From IMG/VR virus record IMGVR_UViG_3300042446_001168: a stretch of DNA of 64,000 bases; one strand, 5' to 3'. The stretch comes from a virus. Position numbers and translations under genes: made by a program. Numbering within the stretch: position 1 is the first letter of the stretch; each line of letters begins with the position of its first letter. Of the stretch, positions 48,735-58,189 are shown in pieces. The notes beneath the pieces are model-generated. The model saw only the letters and a program-made list of their open reading frames with translations. It ran no database searches and had not been told where the DNA came from.

Positions 48735-50248
48735 ATTTGTTTGGATTTGAATTTAAAAAAAGTGTACCACAAGAGGAACCAGTATCATTTGCACCACCTG
48801 TCAATGATGATGGTGCTGTAGTTGTTGCTGCTGGTGGCTCTTATGGCACCTTTGTAGATTTAGAAGGCACAGCTAGAACCGAAGCTGAGCTAGTAACTCG
48901 TTATAGGGATATGTCTCTCACTGCAGACATCGAACGTGCCGTAGACGAGGTAGTTAATGAAGCTATTGTTCATGATAAGATGGATGAAGTGGTAAGACTG
49001 AATCTTGATAGACTTGGGTACCCTGATAATATCAAGCAAGTTATTATTACAGAGTTCTCTAATATCAAGAGTTTGCTAGATTTTGATAACCAGGCTTATG
49101 AGATTTTCAGAAAGTGGTATGTTGATGGTAGATTATACTACCACGCCATTATTGATGAGAACAATCCAAGACTTGGTATCAAAGAGTTAAGAAATATAGA
49201 TCCACGGAAAATACGTAAGGTCCGTGAGCAGAAGAAGAAAAGAGACCCTAAGTCTCAGGTAGTCGTAACACAGAATCAGAAAGAGTACTTCCTGTACAAC
49301 GAAAAGGGATACAACGCTCAAGGTATTGGTAGTGGGGCTGTATCTCATTCGGCAACTGGTGTTAAGATTGCTAAAGATTCTATCGTTCATAGTGTATCCG
49401 GATTAATGGATAACAACGGGTCGATGGTTCTTTCGTTCCTGCACAAGGCTATTAAGCCATTAAACCAATTAAGAGTTCTTGAAGACGCAACTGTTATATA
49501 CAGACTCTCAAGAGCTCCAGAGAGAAGAATATTCTACATTGACGTAGGTAATCTTCCTAAGATGAAAGCAGAGCAGTATCTTCGTGATATGATGGCTCGA
49601 CACAAGAACAGATTAGTCTATGATGCCTCGACAGGGGAGGTCAGAGACGATAGGAAGTTCATGACAATGTTGGAAGACTACTGGCTTCCAAGACGTGAAG
49701 GTGGTCGTGGTACAGAAATCACGACATTGCCTGGTGGAGAAAACCTAGGCAAGATTGAGGATGTTGAATATTTCCAAAAGAAATTATATCAAGCCTTAAA
49801 TGTTCCAGTTACCAGACTGCAATCTGAGCAGACCTATTCAATAGGTAGAGCCACAGAGATAACAAGAGATGAAGTTAAGTTTGCCAAGTTTATCAAAAGA
49901 CTGCGCGCACGATTCTCTGCCCTGTTCCTCAAGTGCTTAGAGAAACAGCTAGTACTAAAAGGAATTGTTACTACTGATGACTGGGAGGCAATGTCTCAGT
50001 TTATCAAGTTCGAGTTTTCAAGTGACGATTATTATGAAGAATTGAAAGAGACTGAGGTAATGGCTTCAAGAATCAATGTTGCAAACCAACTAGCTCCTTA
50101 TATTGGTAAATACTATTCGCATAAATGGCTAAGACAGAATGTATTTAAGCAAAATGATGAGGATATGATTGCACAAGATGCTGATCTCAATGGAGAGTTT
50201 AGTAATGCAGTTTTCTACCCTCCACAACCACCTTCAGAGCCTCAATAA
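48731..50248 (+). CDS. gp20: Portal protein gp20
   Basis: WYVDGR, LHKAIKP.NQLR..EDA.VIYR.SRAPERR.FYIDVGNLPK.KAEQY, EDYWLPRREGGRGTEI.TLPGG. Confidence 0.98.
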   Translation: MNLFGFEFKKSVPQEEPVSFAPPVNDDGAVVVAAGGSYGTFVDLEGTARTEAELVTRYRDMSLTADIERAVDEVVNEAIVHDKMDEVVRLNLDRLGYPDNIKQVIITEFSNIKSLLDFDNQAYEIFRKWYVDGRLYYHAIIDENNPRLGIKELRNIDPRKIRKVREQKKKRDPKSQVVVTQNQKEYFLYNEKGYNAQGIGSGAVSHSATGVKIAKDSIVHSVSGLMDNNGSMVLSFLHKAIKPLNQLRVLEDATVIYRLSRAPERRIFYIDVGNLPKMKAEQYLRDMMARHKNRLVYDASTGEVRDDRKFMTMLEDYWLPRREGGRGTEITTLPGGENLGKIEDVEYFQKKLYQALNVPVTRLQSEQTYSIGRATEITRDEVKFAKFIKRLRARFSALFLKCLEKQLVLKGIVTTDDWEAMSQFIKFEFSSDDYYEELKETEVMASRINVANQLAPYIGKYYSHKWLRQNVFKQNDEDMIAQDADLNGEFSNAVFYPPQPPSEPQ

Positions 50249-50263
50249 TTATTAGGAGATATA

Positions 50264-50479
50264 ATGCCAGACGGACAACCACAGTATGATGTAAGTGACT
50301 TAGTTAAGCATGCTTACGAGGGTCAGCCTTCGAGGATGCAAGATGTGTTTAATGAGCTCATGATGGGCAGAATTTATGATTCAATTCAGCAAAAAAAAGT
50401 CGAGGTAGCTCAATCATTTTTTGCACAACCCACAGACAATACTGATTCAGATCACGAAGAACAAGAAGAGGATATTTAA
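50264..50479 (+). CDS. Small acidic prohead core protein (gp67-like position)
   Basis: AGGAG SD, acidic tail, directly after the portal gene. Confidence 0.6.
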   Translation: MPDGQPQYDVSDLVKHAYEGQPSRMQDVFNELMMGRIYDSIQQKKVEVAQSFFAQPTDNTDSDHEEQEEDI

Positions 50480-50480
50480 G

Positions 50481-51314
50481 ATGGCAAAAACTCTTAAAGG
50501 TATTTTGGAGGTTTATTCTCCTAAATCTAAGGACGAGAAACGCTTCAAAGACAAGCACATTATTGCTAAGCAGAAGCTAGATGATGCTGGTACTCAAGAT
50601 GATAAGATGTTCAATGCAACTAACATCAAGACTATTGGACGTGAGAAGACTCGTCATGGATACGATGTCAATAAGGATGAGAGAGTGTATGAGGAGTCTA
50701 CAAAGCTACATCCAATGGCTCTTCATGTCAGCCATGTTGATAGTGGTATGCACAAAGGTAAGTACAAGGTACATGCAGTTGGTAAAAGCCTATCCGATAG
50801 TATTGATGTTGGTGAGCATCTTTCTGATACTGAGTTAGATGATGCTGCTGAAATGGGTGCCAAGATTAAGCACAAAGATTCGTATTCGTCCGTCAAAGAA
50901 GAAGTTGAAGGTCTTGACGAGAGCGATACATCGCATCAGCGGTTCCAAAAGAACCACGAAGAAGCTGCTAAGCATATTAAAGGTATCACCAAGGCCCTAT
51001 CTGATCACTACGACGCTGTTACTAGTAAAAAGAATTATAACCAAGGTGAGGCCGGTTGGCACCATGTTGATCAGATTAAGACAATTAATAACTCACTATC
51101 TGACCTACATGATAGAATCTTGCAGATGGCTGATTACAGCAAGCCAGCTAAGCTCAAGGAAGGATATGATCAGGATCCAGAGATCAACGAGCTTCTAAAT
51201 ACCGTATATGAAAATTTGTCAGACGACAACAAAAAGGTATTTAACGATATACTTGAAAATAGCCCAGATCAAATGATTGAGTTTTTAGAGCAGTTGGAGG
51301 TGCAAAATGGCTGA
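50481..51314 (+). CDS. Putative prohead core/internal protein
   Basis: Start reassigned to ATG 50481. Highly charged, with gp21-type cleavage-like motifs (VYEE, VKEE, LDE, LKE); lies between gp20 and gp21. Confidence 0.55.
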   Translation: MAKTLKGILEVYSPKSKDEKRFKDKHIIAKQKLDDAGTQDDKMFNATNIKTIGREKTRHGYDVNKDERVYEESTKLHPMALHVSHVDSGMHKGKYKVHAVGKSLSDSIDVGEHLSDTELDDAAEMGAKIKHKDSYSSVKEEVEGLDESDTSHQRFQKNHEEAAKHIKGITKALSDHYDAVTSKKNYNQGEAGWHHVDQIKTINNSLSDLHDRILQMADYSKPAKLKEGYDQDPEINELLNTVYENLSDDNKKVFNDILENSPDQMIEFLEQLEVQNG

Positions 51315-51603
51315 TCCATTTAAACCAATAGGAGTAGAGGTTGCTTTGACAACAGCTAACAATCTCAGTTTGGCTTCTCTTGTAAGATTAGTCAATGTGG
51401 ATAGTGCCAATAGCGCGACCATTACTATAACATCAAATACAGGTACGGTGCTAGGAACATTTACACTTGGCCACCATGGTACTGATTTTGGTATAGAATA
51501 TGTTGTTAAAAATCCAACTGATACTTTAAAAGCAAATAACCAACCAAATAATGGCGCCTATGCTGGCGCGGGTATTTTTGCTGTTGCTGCTGCGTATAGA
51601 TAA
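51307..51603 (+). CDS. Hypothetical protein in the head module
   Basis: GGAGG SD; K.PTDTL motif; immediately upstream of gp21. Confidence 0.6.
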   Translation: MADPFKPIGVEVALTTANNLSLASLVRLVNVDSANSATITITSNTGTVLGTFTLGHHGTDFGIEYVVKNPTDTLKANNQPNNGAYAGAGIFAVAAAYR

Positions 51604-51612
51604 GGAACTAGA

Positions 51613-52260
51613 ATGAAACTAATCTGCGAAGTCAACGAAGGGATGAAGTTCCTTGTTGAAGAAAAAGAAGGAAAGAAGAGCTTTTTTATTGAAGGTATCT
51701 TTATGCAAGCCGATCGTACCAATAAAAATGGCAGGATATATAGGGGTAATGTTCTTGAGAGAGAAGTGAACAGATATAATAAAGAATACATTCAAGAGAA
51801 TAGGGCTTTTGGAGAGTTAGGTCACCCACAAGGTCCTAATATCAATCTTGAAAGAGTATCTCACATGACTGTTAAGCTCTTTAAAGAAGGGTCTAACTTC
51901 ATTGGTAAAGCCAAGATTATGGACACTCCATACGGCAACATTGTTAAGAATCTAATGAGTGAGGGATGTGTTCTTGGCGTATCGTCAAGAGGTATGGGTT
52001 CCTTGAAGCTCAACAGCGAAGGTATTAATGAAGTACAGGATGACTTTCATTTAGCTACCGCTGCAGATGTTGTTGCAGATCCTTCCGCACCGGATGCGTT
52101 TGTCAGAGGGATCATGGAAGGAGTTGAGTGGGTATGGGACAATGGTCTCCTTAAAGCTCAGAAGTTAGAAGAAATGAAGAAAACCATTCAAAAGACATCA
52201 AGTAGAAACCTTGAAGAGCAAAAGATCAAGGTTTTTAAACAATTCATTGATTCACTGTAA
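51613..52260 (+). CDS. gp21: Prohead protease gp21
   Basis: IEGIFMQA...N.NGR.Y, GELGHP, GVSSRGMGSL, D.VADPSAPDAFV.GIME. Confidence 0.97.
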   Translation: MKLICEVNEGMKFLVEEKEGKKSFFIEGIFMQADRTNKNGRIYRGNVLEREVNRYNKEYIQENRAFGELGHPQGPNINLERVSHMTVKLFKEGSNFIGKAKIMDTPYGNIVKNLMSEGCVLGVSSRGMGSLKLNSEGINEVQDDFHLATAADVVADPSAPDAFVRGIMEGVEWVWDNGLLKAQKLEEMKKTIQKTSSRNLEEQKIKVFKQFIDSL

Positions 52261-52270
52261 ATTTTTAAAA

Positions 52271-52278
52271 TATAAATA
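52271..52278 (+). promoter_or_regulatory. T4 late promoter TATAAATA (gp22/gp23)
   Basis: Exact consensus, intergenic, upstream of AAGGAG. Confidence 0.85.
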
Positions 52279-52306
52279 ATAAAGATACTTTTAAGGAGTA
52301 AAGAAA

Positions 52307-53266
52307 ATGGCAAGAAAACAACTAGATGAATTGGCAGTAGGTGGTGGTGCTACCGGTGTGTCAATGGTTCCTGATGCTGGTACCAAGAAAAATACCCTAC
52401 CTAATTCGAAGCAACAGGGTGATATGAACCCACAAACCATCGATGCAGATCAGAATGGTCAGCAAGATACCAATACAGAAAACAACACAGCTCCAACAGG
52501 AGATATGTCAGCTAAGAATAAGGCCTCGGTAGCAATGAAAGAACACATTGATGCTATGTTTAACGGAGAAGACATCTCCGAAGAATTTAGAGAGAAAGCC
52601 ACTACCATTTTTGAAGCAGCTATTCAAACTCGTATCTCGGAAGAGATTGCTGAGCTAGAAGAGCAATTCGAAACCAAGCTAGAGGAAGCTGTTTCGGAAG
52701 TTACTCAAGAAATCACATCTAAGCTAGATGACTATCTTGATTACTGTGTTGAGCAGTGGATGAAAGAAAATGAAGTTGCTATCGAGCATTCGTTGAAATC
52801 AGAGATCACTGAAGAATTCATGGATGGCCTCAAGAATCTTTTTGCAGAAAACTACATTGAGATTCCAGAAGAGAAGCTTGACGTGCTTGAGCAGTTAACC
52901 CTCAAAGTGGAAGAGCTGGAAGACAAGCTCAACAACTCAATCACAGAGAACATTGAGCTCTCGAAGTCGATCAGCCAATACTCGAAGCAAGACATTTTTA
53001 TTGAAGTTGCTGAAGGTCTGGCAATGACTCAAGTAGAGAAGCTACGTCAGTTGTCAGAAGGAATTGATTTTGACAGCAGCGAGTCCTATCAGAAAAAGTT
53101 GTTGTTGGTTAAGGAAAACTATTTTCCAGCAACCAAGAACGTACAGTACATTCAAGAAGAAGACGAAGCAATTGTAAACAACGATCTATCGGAAGATACG
53201 GAAGTTAAATTCCAAGACCAATCCGTTAAGCGTTATTTCAAGGCTATCTCGCGCTCTACTAAATAA
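52307..53266 (+). CDS. gp22: Prohead scaffold protein gp22
   Basis: SEEF.EKA.TIFEAA, D.YLDY.VEQW..EN..AIE, E.F..GLK.LF.E.YI; acidic coiled coil. Confidence 0.93.
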   Translation: MARKQLDELAVGGGATGVSMVPDAGTKKNTLPNSKQQGDMNPQTIDADQNGQQDTNTENNTAPTGDMSAKNKASVAMKEHIDAMFNGEDISEEFREKATTIFEAAIQTRISEEIAELEEQFETKLEEAVSEVTQEITSKLDDYLDYCVEQWMKENEVAIEHSLKSEITEEFMDGLKNLFAENYIEIPEEKLDVLEQLTLKVEELEDKLNNSITENIELSKSISQYSKQDIFIEVAEGLAMTQVEKLRQLSEGIDFDSSESYQKKLLLVKENYFPATKNVQYIQEEDEAIVNNDLSEDTEVKFQDQSVKRYFKAISRSTK

Positions 53267-53305
53267 TAATTATAAAGATTTTTTTAACCTCGAAGGAGAA
53301 GTAAG

Positions 53306-54622
53306 ATGATGTTAGCAGAAGAACTACAAAAAAAGTGGGACCCGATCTTGACTCACCCAGATCTATCCCCAATCAGAGATCAACATCGTAGAAGCGTGAC
53401 CGCTGTCGTTCTAGAGAACACAGAAAAAGCACTTCGCGAAGCTAATCACTACATTCCACAAACACTCACAGAAACTGCTCCAGCTAATGCAACCGGTGCT
53501 GATATTGACACATTCGATCCAGTTTTGATTAGCTTGGTTCGTCGTGCAATGCCTAACCTGATTGCTTATGATATCTGCGGCGTTCAGCCAATGACTGGCC
53601 CAACCGGCTTGATCTTTGCAATGCGTTCGAAGTACTCGAACAGCTCCAACAGCGGTGTTGAGAACTTCTACAACGAAGTTAACACATCGTTCTCGACAGC
53701 TGTTTCTGGTGCTAATACACTGGGTCAAAAGCACGTTGGTGGCTATCCTGGTAACACAACAACTGGTACAGCTAACTTGGCTGAGACAGGCATTTACAAC
53801 TTTGGTTCGGGTATGTCGACCGCCACTGCTGAAGGTAACAACTCTTTTGCAGAAATGGCTTTCTCGATTGAAAAAGTTACTGTTACTGCTAAGTCCCGTG
53901 CTCTTAAAGCTGAGTACTCGATGGAACTTGCTCAAGATTTGAAAGCAATCCACGGTCTTGACGCAGAAACAGAATTGTCGAACATCCTATCGGCTGAGAT
54001 CCTTGCAGAGATCAACCGTGAAGTTGTCCGTACAATCAGCGTAACTGCTACCAAAGGTGCTACAGAGAACACAACTACAGCAGGTCGTTTTGACTTGGAT
54101 ACAGATTCGAACGGTCGTTGGTCTGTTGAGAAGTTTAAGGGTCTGATGTTCCAAGTTGAGCGTGAAGCTAACCAAATTGCTAAGGCTACTCGTCGCGGTA
54201 AGGGTAACATGATCATTTGTTCGTCTGACGTTGCTTCGGCTCTTCAGATGGCTGGTGTTCTTGATTACGCTCCTGCTCTGAACAGCAACAACCTGAACGT
54301 TGATGATACTGGCAATACTTTTGCTGGTGTTCTAAACGGTCGTATCCGTGTTTATGTTGATCCATATGCTACTGGTAACTACCTAGTTGTTGGCTACAAA
54401 GGTGCATCGGCATTCGACGCTGGCTTGTTCTATTGCCCATACGTTCCTCTACAAATGGTTCGTGCTGTTGATCCTGACAGCTTCCAACCAAAGATTGGCT
54501 TCAAAACACGTTACGGCATGGTTGCAAATCCATATGCTGAAGGTGCTACGGTCGGTCTAGGTGCATTGACCAAAGATTCGAATGTTTATTACAGAAGAAT
54601 CCTGGTTGACAACCTGATGTAA
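53306..54622 (+). CDS. gp23: Major capsid protein gp23
   Basis: CGVQPMTGPTGLIFAMR, KSRALKAEY..ELAQDLKA.HGLDAE.ELS, FQPKIGFKTRYG. Confidence 0.99.
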   Translation: MMLAEELQKKWDPILTHPDLSPIRDQHRRSVTAVVLENTEKALREANHYIPQTLTETAPANATGADIDTFDPVLISLVRRAMPNLIAYDICGVQPMTGPTGLIFAMRSKYSNSSNSGVENFYNEVNTSFSTAVSGANTLGQKHVGGYPGNTTTGTANLAETGIYNFGSGMSTATAEGNNSFAEMAFSIEKVTVTAKSRALKAEYSMELAQDLKAIHGLDAETELSNILSAEILAEINREVVRTISVTATKGATENTTTAGRFDLDTDSNGRWSVEKFKGLMFQVEREANQIAKATRRGKGNMIICSSDVASALQMAGVLDYAPALNSNNLNVDDTGNTFAGVLNGRIRVYVDPYATGNYLVVGYKGASAFDAGLFYCPYVPLQMVRAVDPDSFQPKIGFKTRYGMVANPYAEGATVGLGALTKDSNVYYRRILVDNLM

Positions 54623-54662
54623 TTTGAATATAAAAACTACAATATAAACCAGCAATAAGTTT

Positions 54663-54689
54663 GAGAGGACCTTCGGGTCCTCTCTTTTT
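54663..54689 (+). terminator. Intrinsic terminator with cUUCGg tetraloop
   Basis: gagaggacc-ttcg-ggtcctctc-ttttt downstream of gp23. Confidence 0.95.
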
Positions 54690-54696
54690 GTCTATA

Positions 54697-54704
54697 GATA
54701 AATA
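54697..54704 (+). promoter_or_regulatory. Late promoter (GATAAATA) for gp3
   Basis: Lies between the terminator and the SD/ATG at 54722. Confidence 0.75.
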
Positions 54705-54721
54705 GTAAAAAAAGGAATACT

Positions 54722-55264
54722 ATGAGCGCTATTACAAATACCCCAACAAACAGAAACTTTCTATCTCCTCTGAATTTTAGATTGGTGCTTCAACGAGCTC
54801 CATCTCTGAACTTCTTTTTGCAGGGAGCATCTATTCCAGGACTATCGTTCGAGGGATATGTCAACCTAACTAACCCTTTTGCTAAGATACCTCTACCAGG
54901 GGATCACCTAAACTATTCACCACTCACAGTATCGTTCATGGTGGATGAGGACCTTTCTAATTACCTTGAGATCTTTAACTGGATGCTGTACATAGGTGGA
55001 CCTACTTCAATTGATCCTGGTGCCGTACAATCGCCCTACGGACTAGATAACTCTATTACAACAGATCCAATGCAGGCAATCAGGTCAGATATAAAGTTGA
55101 TGATCCTATCAAGTGCAAAAAATCCTAATCTAGAAATTACATTTAATGATGCCTTTCCAAGTCAGCTTGGCGAACTTCAATTCAACACCACTGCTGGAAC
55201 AATAAACTACCTTGAATCTTCTGTAACTTTCGAGTATGTAAAATACAGTATTGCTAAATTATAG
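54722..55264 (+). CDS. gp3: Tail tube terminator/completion protein gp3-like
   Basis: NFLSP..F, F.Q...IPG, PGD.L.Y..L.V.F.VDEDL.NY.EI.NW, F.DAFP..L. Confidence 0.85.
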   Translation: MSAITNTPTNRNFLSPLNFRLVLQRAPSLNFFLQGASIPGLSFEGYVNLTNPFAKIPLPGDHLNYSPLTVSFMVDEDLSNYLEIFNWMLYIGGPTSIDPGAVQSPYGLDNSITTDPMQAIRSDIKLMILSSAKNPNLEITFNDAFPSQLGELQFNTTAGTINYLESSVTFEYVKYSIAKL

Positions 55265-55293
55265 TTGACTTGAATCTGTTTTGGTGATATAAT
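55265..55293 (+). promoter_or_regulatory. Sigma70-type promoter (early/middle) for the uvsY operon
   Basis: TTGACT (55265-55270), 17-bp spacer, TATAAT (55288-55293) with an extended -10 TG. Confidence 0.85.
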
Positions 55294-55316
55294 GCAGGTT
55301 AGTATTGGAGACTTGT

Positions 55317-55751
55317 ATGAAGACAGATGAAATATTGGCAGCGTGGGAACAAGATTGTGCAATGGATAAGACTGAGTTAGGCAAAGAGTCTCTTCGTATT
55401 CCTCAATTGCATTCAAAGTATATCAATGAATTTTATCAAGCCAAGACGTCCTATATAAAGCATACTCAAGATTACAAGAAGCTGTACAAGCTCAAGCATC
55501 AGTATTATCAGGGAATTCTTTCGAAAGAAGAGCTAGACCAGTATGGTTGGGATGTACAGGCACTCAAGATACTGAAGGTTGATATTCCTGTATACCTTGA
55601 GTCAGATGATGATCTGCAGATCATCAAAGTTAAGATAGAGATGATTGAATACAAAATAGAGATGTTGGAAAACATTATCAAGACGTTAAACAATAGGGGA
55701 TATTTAATAAAAAATGCAATTGAGTGGTCCAAATTTCAACACGGACTATGA
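55317..55751 (+). CDS. uvsY: Recombination mediator UvsY
   Basis: W..D...D.TEL..ESL.IP.LHSKY...NR...IKNAIEW.KF. ATG 55317 follows GGAG. Confidence 0.9.
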   Translation: MKTDEILAAWEQDCAMDKTELGKESLRIPQLHSKYINEFYQAKTSYIKHTQDYKKLYKLKHQYYQGILSKEELDQYGWDVQALKILKVDIPVYLESDDDLQIIKVKIEMIEYKIEMLENIIKTLNNRGYLIKNAIEWSKFQHGL

Positions 55752-55776
55752 TACAGCAACACGGACTATGATACAG
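55737..55776 (+). repeat. Perfect 20-bp tandem duplication
   Basis: caacacggactatgatacag occurs twice in tandem. Confidence 0.95.
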
Positions 55777-57204
55777 ATTGAAAAATTCAACGAGACGTAC
55801 AATAAGATACATTGTAACGACGATATTGCTAGGGAGCTAAGTGATTACTTTACTTTTGAAGTTCCTGGTGCTAAGTTTATTCCATCCGTAAAGAATAAAA
55901 AATGGGACGGTAAGATTCGATTATTTAATGCTGGTACCCATAACATATACGCTGGCTTAATTGAATATGTTCAAGATTTTGCAAAACAAAATGAGTATCC
56001 AGTAGAGCTCCTCTCTGATTTCTCGGATGCTGATTGTGGCGATGTTGATGATCTGATCTCTAGGATTGGACTTACTAAGCCACCAAGAGACTATCAAATA
56101 GCTGCCTTCAGGCACGCAGTCAAGAAACAAAGATCGTTACTCCTATCTCCAACAGCATCTGGTAAGTCGCTAATCATCTACATGCTGTGTAGATACTACA
56201 ATCTCAAAACTCTCTTAATCGTGCCAACAACATCGTTAGTACATCAGATGTACTCTGACTTCGAGGAGTATGGATTTGACTCAAAAACTAACTGCCATAT
56301 GATATTCTCTGGCCAGGAGAAAGATGTTGATAAGCAGATATACATATCCACATGGCAATCAATATACAACCTTCCTAAAAAATGGTTCCAGCAGTTTGAT
56401 TGTGTAATAGGAGATGAGGCTCATTTATTCAAGGCTAAATCGCTTACAACCATTATGCAGAACCTTTCTGCATGCAAGTATAGGTTCGGGTTTACAGGAA
56501 CGCTAGACGGGTCACATACACATAAGTTAGTACTTGAAGGATTGTTTGGAACTGTCAAGAAGGTAACTACCACATCAGAGCTTATAGATAGAAAATACCT
56601 TTCAGACTTTAAAATTAAAGCAATTGTTCTTAACTATGAGGATCAGTATCGGCAGCAGATCAAGATAGCAACGTATGCTGATGAGATGGATTTTTTGGTT
56701 AATCATTATCCTAGAAACAAATTTATTTGTAATCTAGCGTTGAATTTGAAGGGTAACACATTGATACTATATCAATATGTTGATAAACATGGGAAGGCCA
56801 TTTACGATGTTCTTAATGACAAAGCAAAAGATAGAAAAGTTCACTTCGTCTCTGGTGAGATTTCTGGTCAGGATAGAGATGTCATTAGAAGAGCTGTGGA
56901 GCTGGAGACTGATTCGATTATTGTTGCTTCTTACGGTACTTTTTCTACTGGCGTCAATATTAAGAACCTGCACAATATCATTTTCGCTTCACCTTCAAAA
57001 TCAAGGGTCAGGAACCTCCAATCAATTGGTCGTGGTCTTAGATTAGGGGATAGGAAAGAAAAAGCCTGGCTGTATGATATAGCTGATGATTTGCAATGGA
57101 AGCAAAGAAAGAATCATACTCTCAATCACTTCGTGGAACGTATTAAAATATACAATGAGGAGAAGTTTGATTACAAAACGTTTTCAATAGACATCAAAGG
57201 ATAA
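55768..57204 (+). CDS. uvsW: DNA helicase UvsW
   Basis: WDGKIRLF, SPTASGKS, DEAH, G.TGT, QSIGRGLR. Start taken at ATG 55768. Confidence 0.95.
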   Translation: MIQIEKFNETYNKIHCNDDIARELSDYFTFEVPGAKFIPSVKNKKWDGKIRLFNAGTHNIYAGLIEYVQDFAKQNEYPVELLSDFSDADCGDVDDLISRIGLTKPPRDYQIAAFRHAVKKQRSLLLSPTASGKSLIIYMLCRYYNLKTLLIVPTTSLVHQMYSDFEEYGFDSKTNCHMIFSGQEKDVDKQIYISTWQSIYNLPKKWFQQFDCVIGDEAHLFKAKSLTTIMQNLSACKYRFGFTGTLDGSHTHKLVLEGLFGTVKKVTTTSELIDRKYLSDFKIKAIVLNYEDQYRQQIKIATYADEMDFLVNHYPRNKFICNLALNLKGNTLILYQYVDKHGKAIYDVLNDKAKDRKVHFVSGEISGQDRDVIRRAVELETDSIIVASYGTFSTGVNIKNLHNIIFASPSKSRVRNLQSIGRGLRLGDRKEKAWLYDIADDLQWKQRKNHTLNHFVERIKIYNEEKFDYKTFSIDIKG

Positions 57205-57206
57205 CA

Positions 57207-57602
57207 ATGGTAAAGATCATCAAACTTCAAAACAACTGTGAAATTATTGGTAGCATGGTTGAAGATAATAATGATAGTGTTGTGATAGACAATCCTTTCT
57301 CTATCAATTATATGTTTACTGCAGCAAGTGACAGACCTATCATTGGTTTGTTAAGGTACATGCCGTTTGCTGAGGAGCGTCAGATGTCCTTTCAAAAGTC
57401 TGGTATAATTAACATTGCCAATGCCAGAACATCGATGTCCAACTATTACGATGTCATACTAGATAGTCATCTATCAGACATTGATGACCATGTTGATAAT
57501 GAACTTCAAGGAATTGTTGACTCTGATTTTGAGGACGAGAATAATTCCGATACTTTACAAGCGATACTAGAAAAAATGAACACTAACGATAGAATGCACT
57601 GA
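57207..57602 (+). CDS. Conserved hypothetical protein (Sm-like N-terminus)
   Basis: IIKL.N..EIIG pattern; usual position between uvsW and gp55 in aquatic T4-like phages. Confidence 0.6.
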   Translation: MVKIIKLQNNCEIIGSMVEDNNDSVVIDNPFSINYMFTAASDRPIIGLLRYMPFAEERQMSFQKSGIINIANARTSMSNYYDVILDSHLSDIDDHVDNELQGIVDSDFEDENNSDTLQAILEKMNTNDRMH

Positions 57603-57603
57603 T

Positions 57604-58137
57604 ATGGCAGATCACTATATTGATAACAAGACTTTTTATGAGGCAATAAAAAAGTACCGTGAAAGTATCGCTGAGGCAAAGGAGCTGGGAAAGGATAAAC
57701 CAATTATTCCTAACTACCTTGGCCAATGTATTCTGTTGATTGCCAATAGGCTAGCAACAAAACCAAACTTTATCAACTACTCTTATAAAGATGAGATGAT
57801 AGCAGATGGTATCGAGAACTGTATCATGTACATAGATAATTTTGATCCAGAGAAATCGACAAATCCCTTTGCATACTTTACTCAGATTATATACTTTGCA
57901 TTCCTACGCAGAATACAAAAAGAAAAGAAACATCTTTACATTAAGCATCAGGTACTAAAGAACTCTATCATATCTGATGAGATGTATAATCTACAGGACG
58001 GGGATGATGATGTATCAATGGCCAGTATGTTTGACAATGAGAAGATGAATGACTTTGTCAAGGCTTTTGAAGAGGGCTTGGAGAAGAAACGAAAACCTAG
58101 TCAGAAAGTAGGACTCGAAAAGTTCTTTGAGGAGTAG
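57604..58137 (+). CDS. gp55: Late-transcription sigma factor gp55
   Basis: HYIDNK.F, PNF.NY.Y...MI.DGIENC..Y..NFDP.KS.NPFAYFTQI.Y.AF.RRI.KEK. Confidence 0.95.
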   Translation: MADHYIDNKTFYEAIKKYRESIAEAKELGKDKPIIPNYLGQCILLIANRLATKPNFINYSYKDEMIADGIENCIMYIDNFDPEKSTNPFAYFTQIIYFAFLRRIQKEKKHLYIKHQVLKNSIISDEMYNLQDGDDDVSMASMFDNEKMNDFVKAFEEGLEKKRKPSQKVGLEKFFEE

Positions 58138-58144
58138 CTTGTAC

Positions 58145-58188
58145 GTGCACCCAAATGTTTTATAAATACAAGAAACATTGGGGGGCAT
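58145..58188 (+). promoter_or_regulatory. RBS-sequestering hairpin with late promoter TATAAATA (58161-58168) in its loop
   Basis: Arms gtgcacccaaatgttt and aaacattggggggcat pair at 14 of 16 positions (one G-U). Confidence 0.75.
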
Positions 58189-58189
58189 C

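Noticed and set aside
43593-54622. Introns or inteins in terminase, portal or capsid genes
   Set aside because: ORFs are continuous and of normal length for T4-like orthologues.
55714-55767. N-terminal extension of UvsW given in the ORF track
   Set aside because: Produced by the 20-bp duplication and overlap with uvsY; ATG 55768 fits translational coupling.
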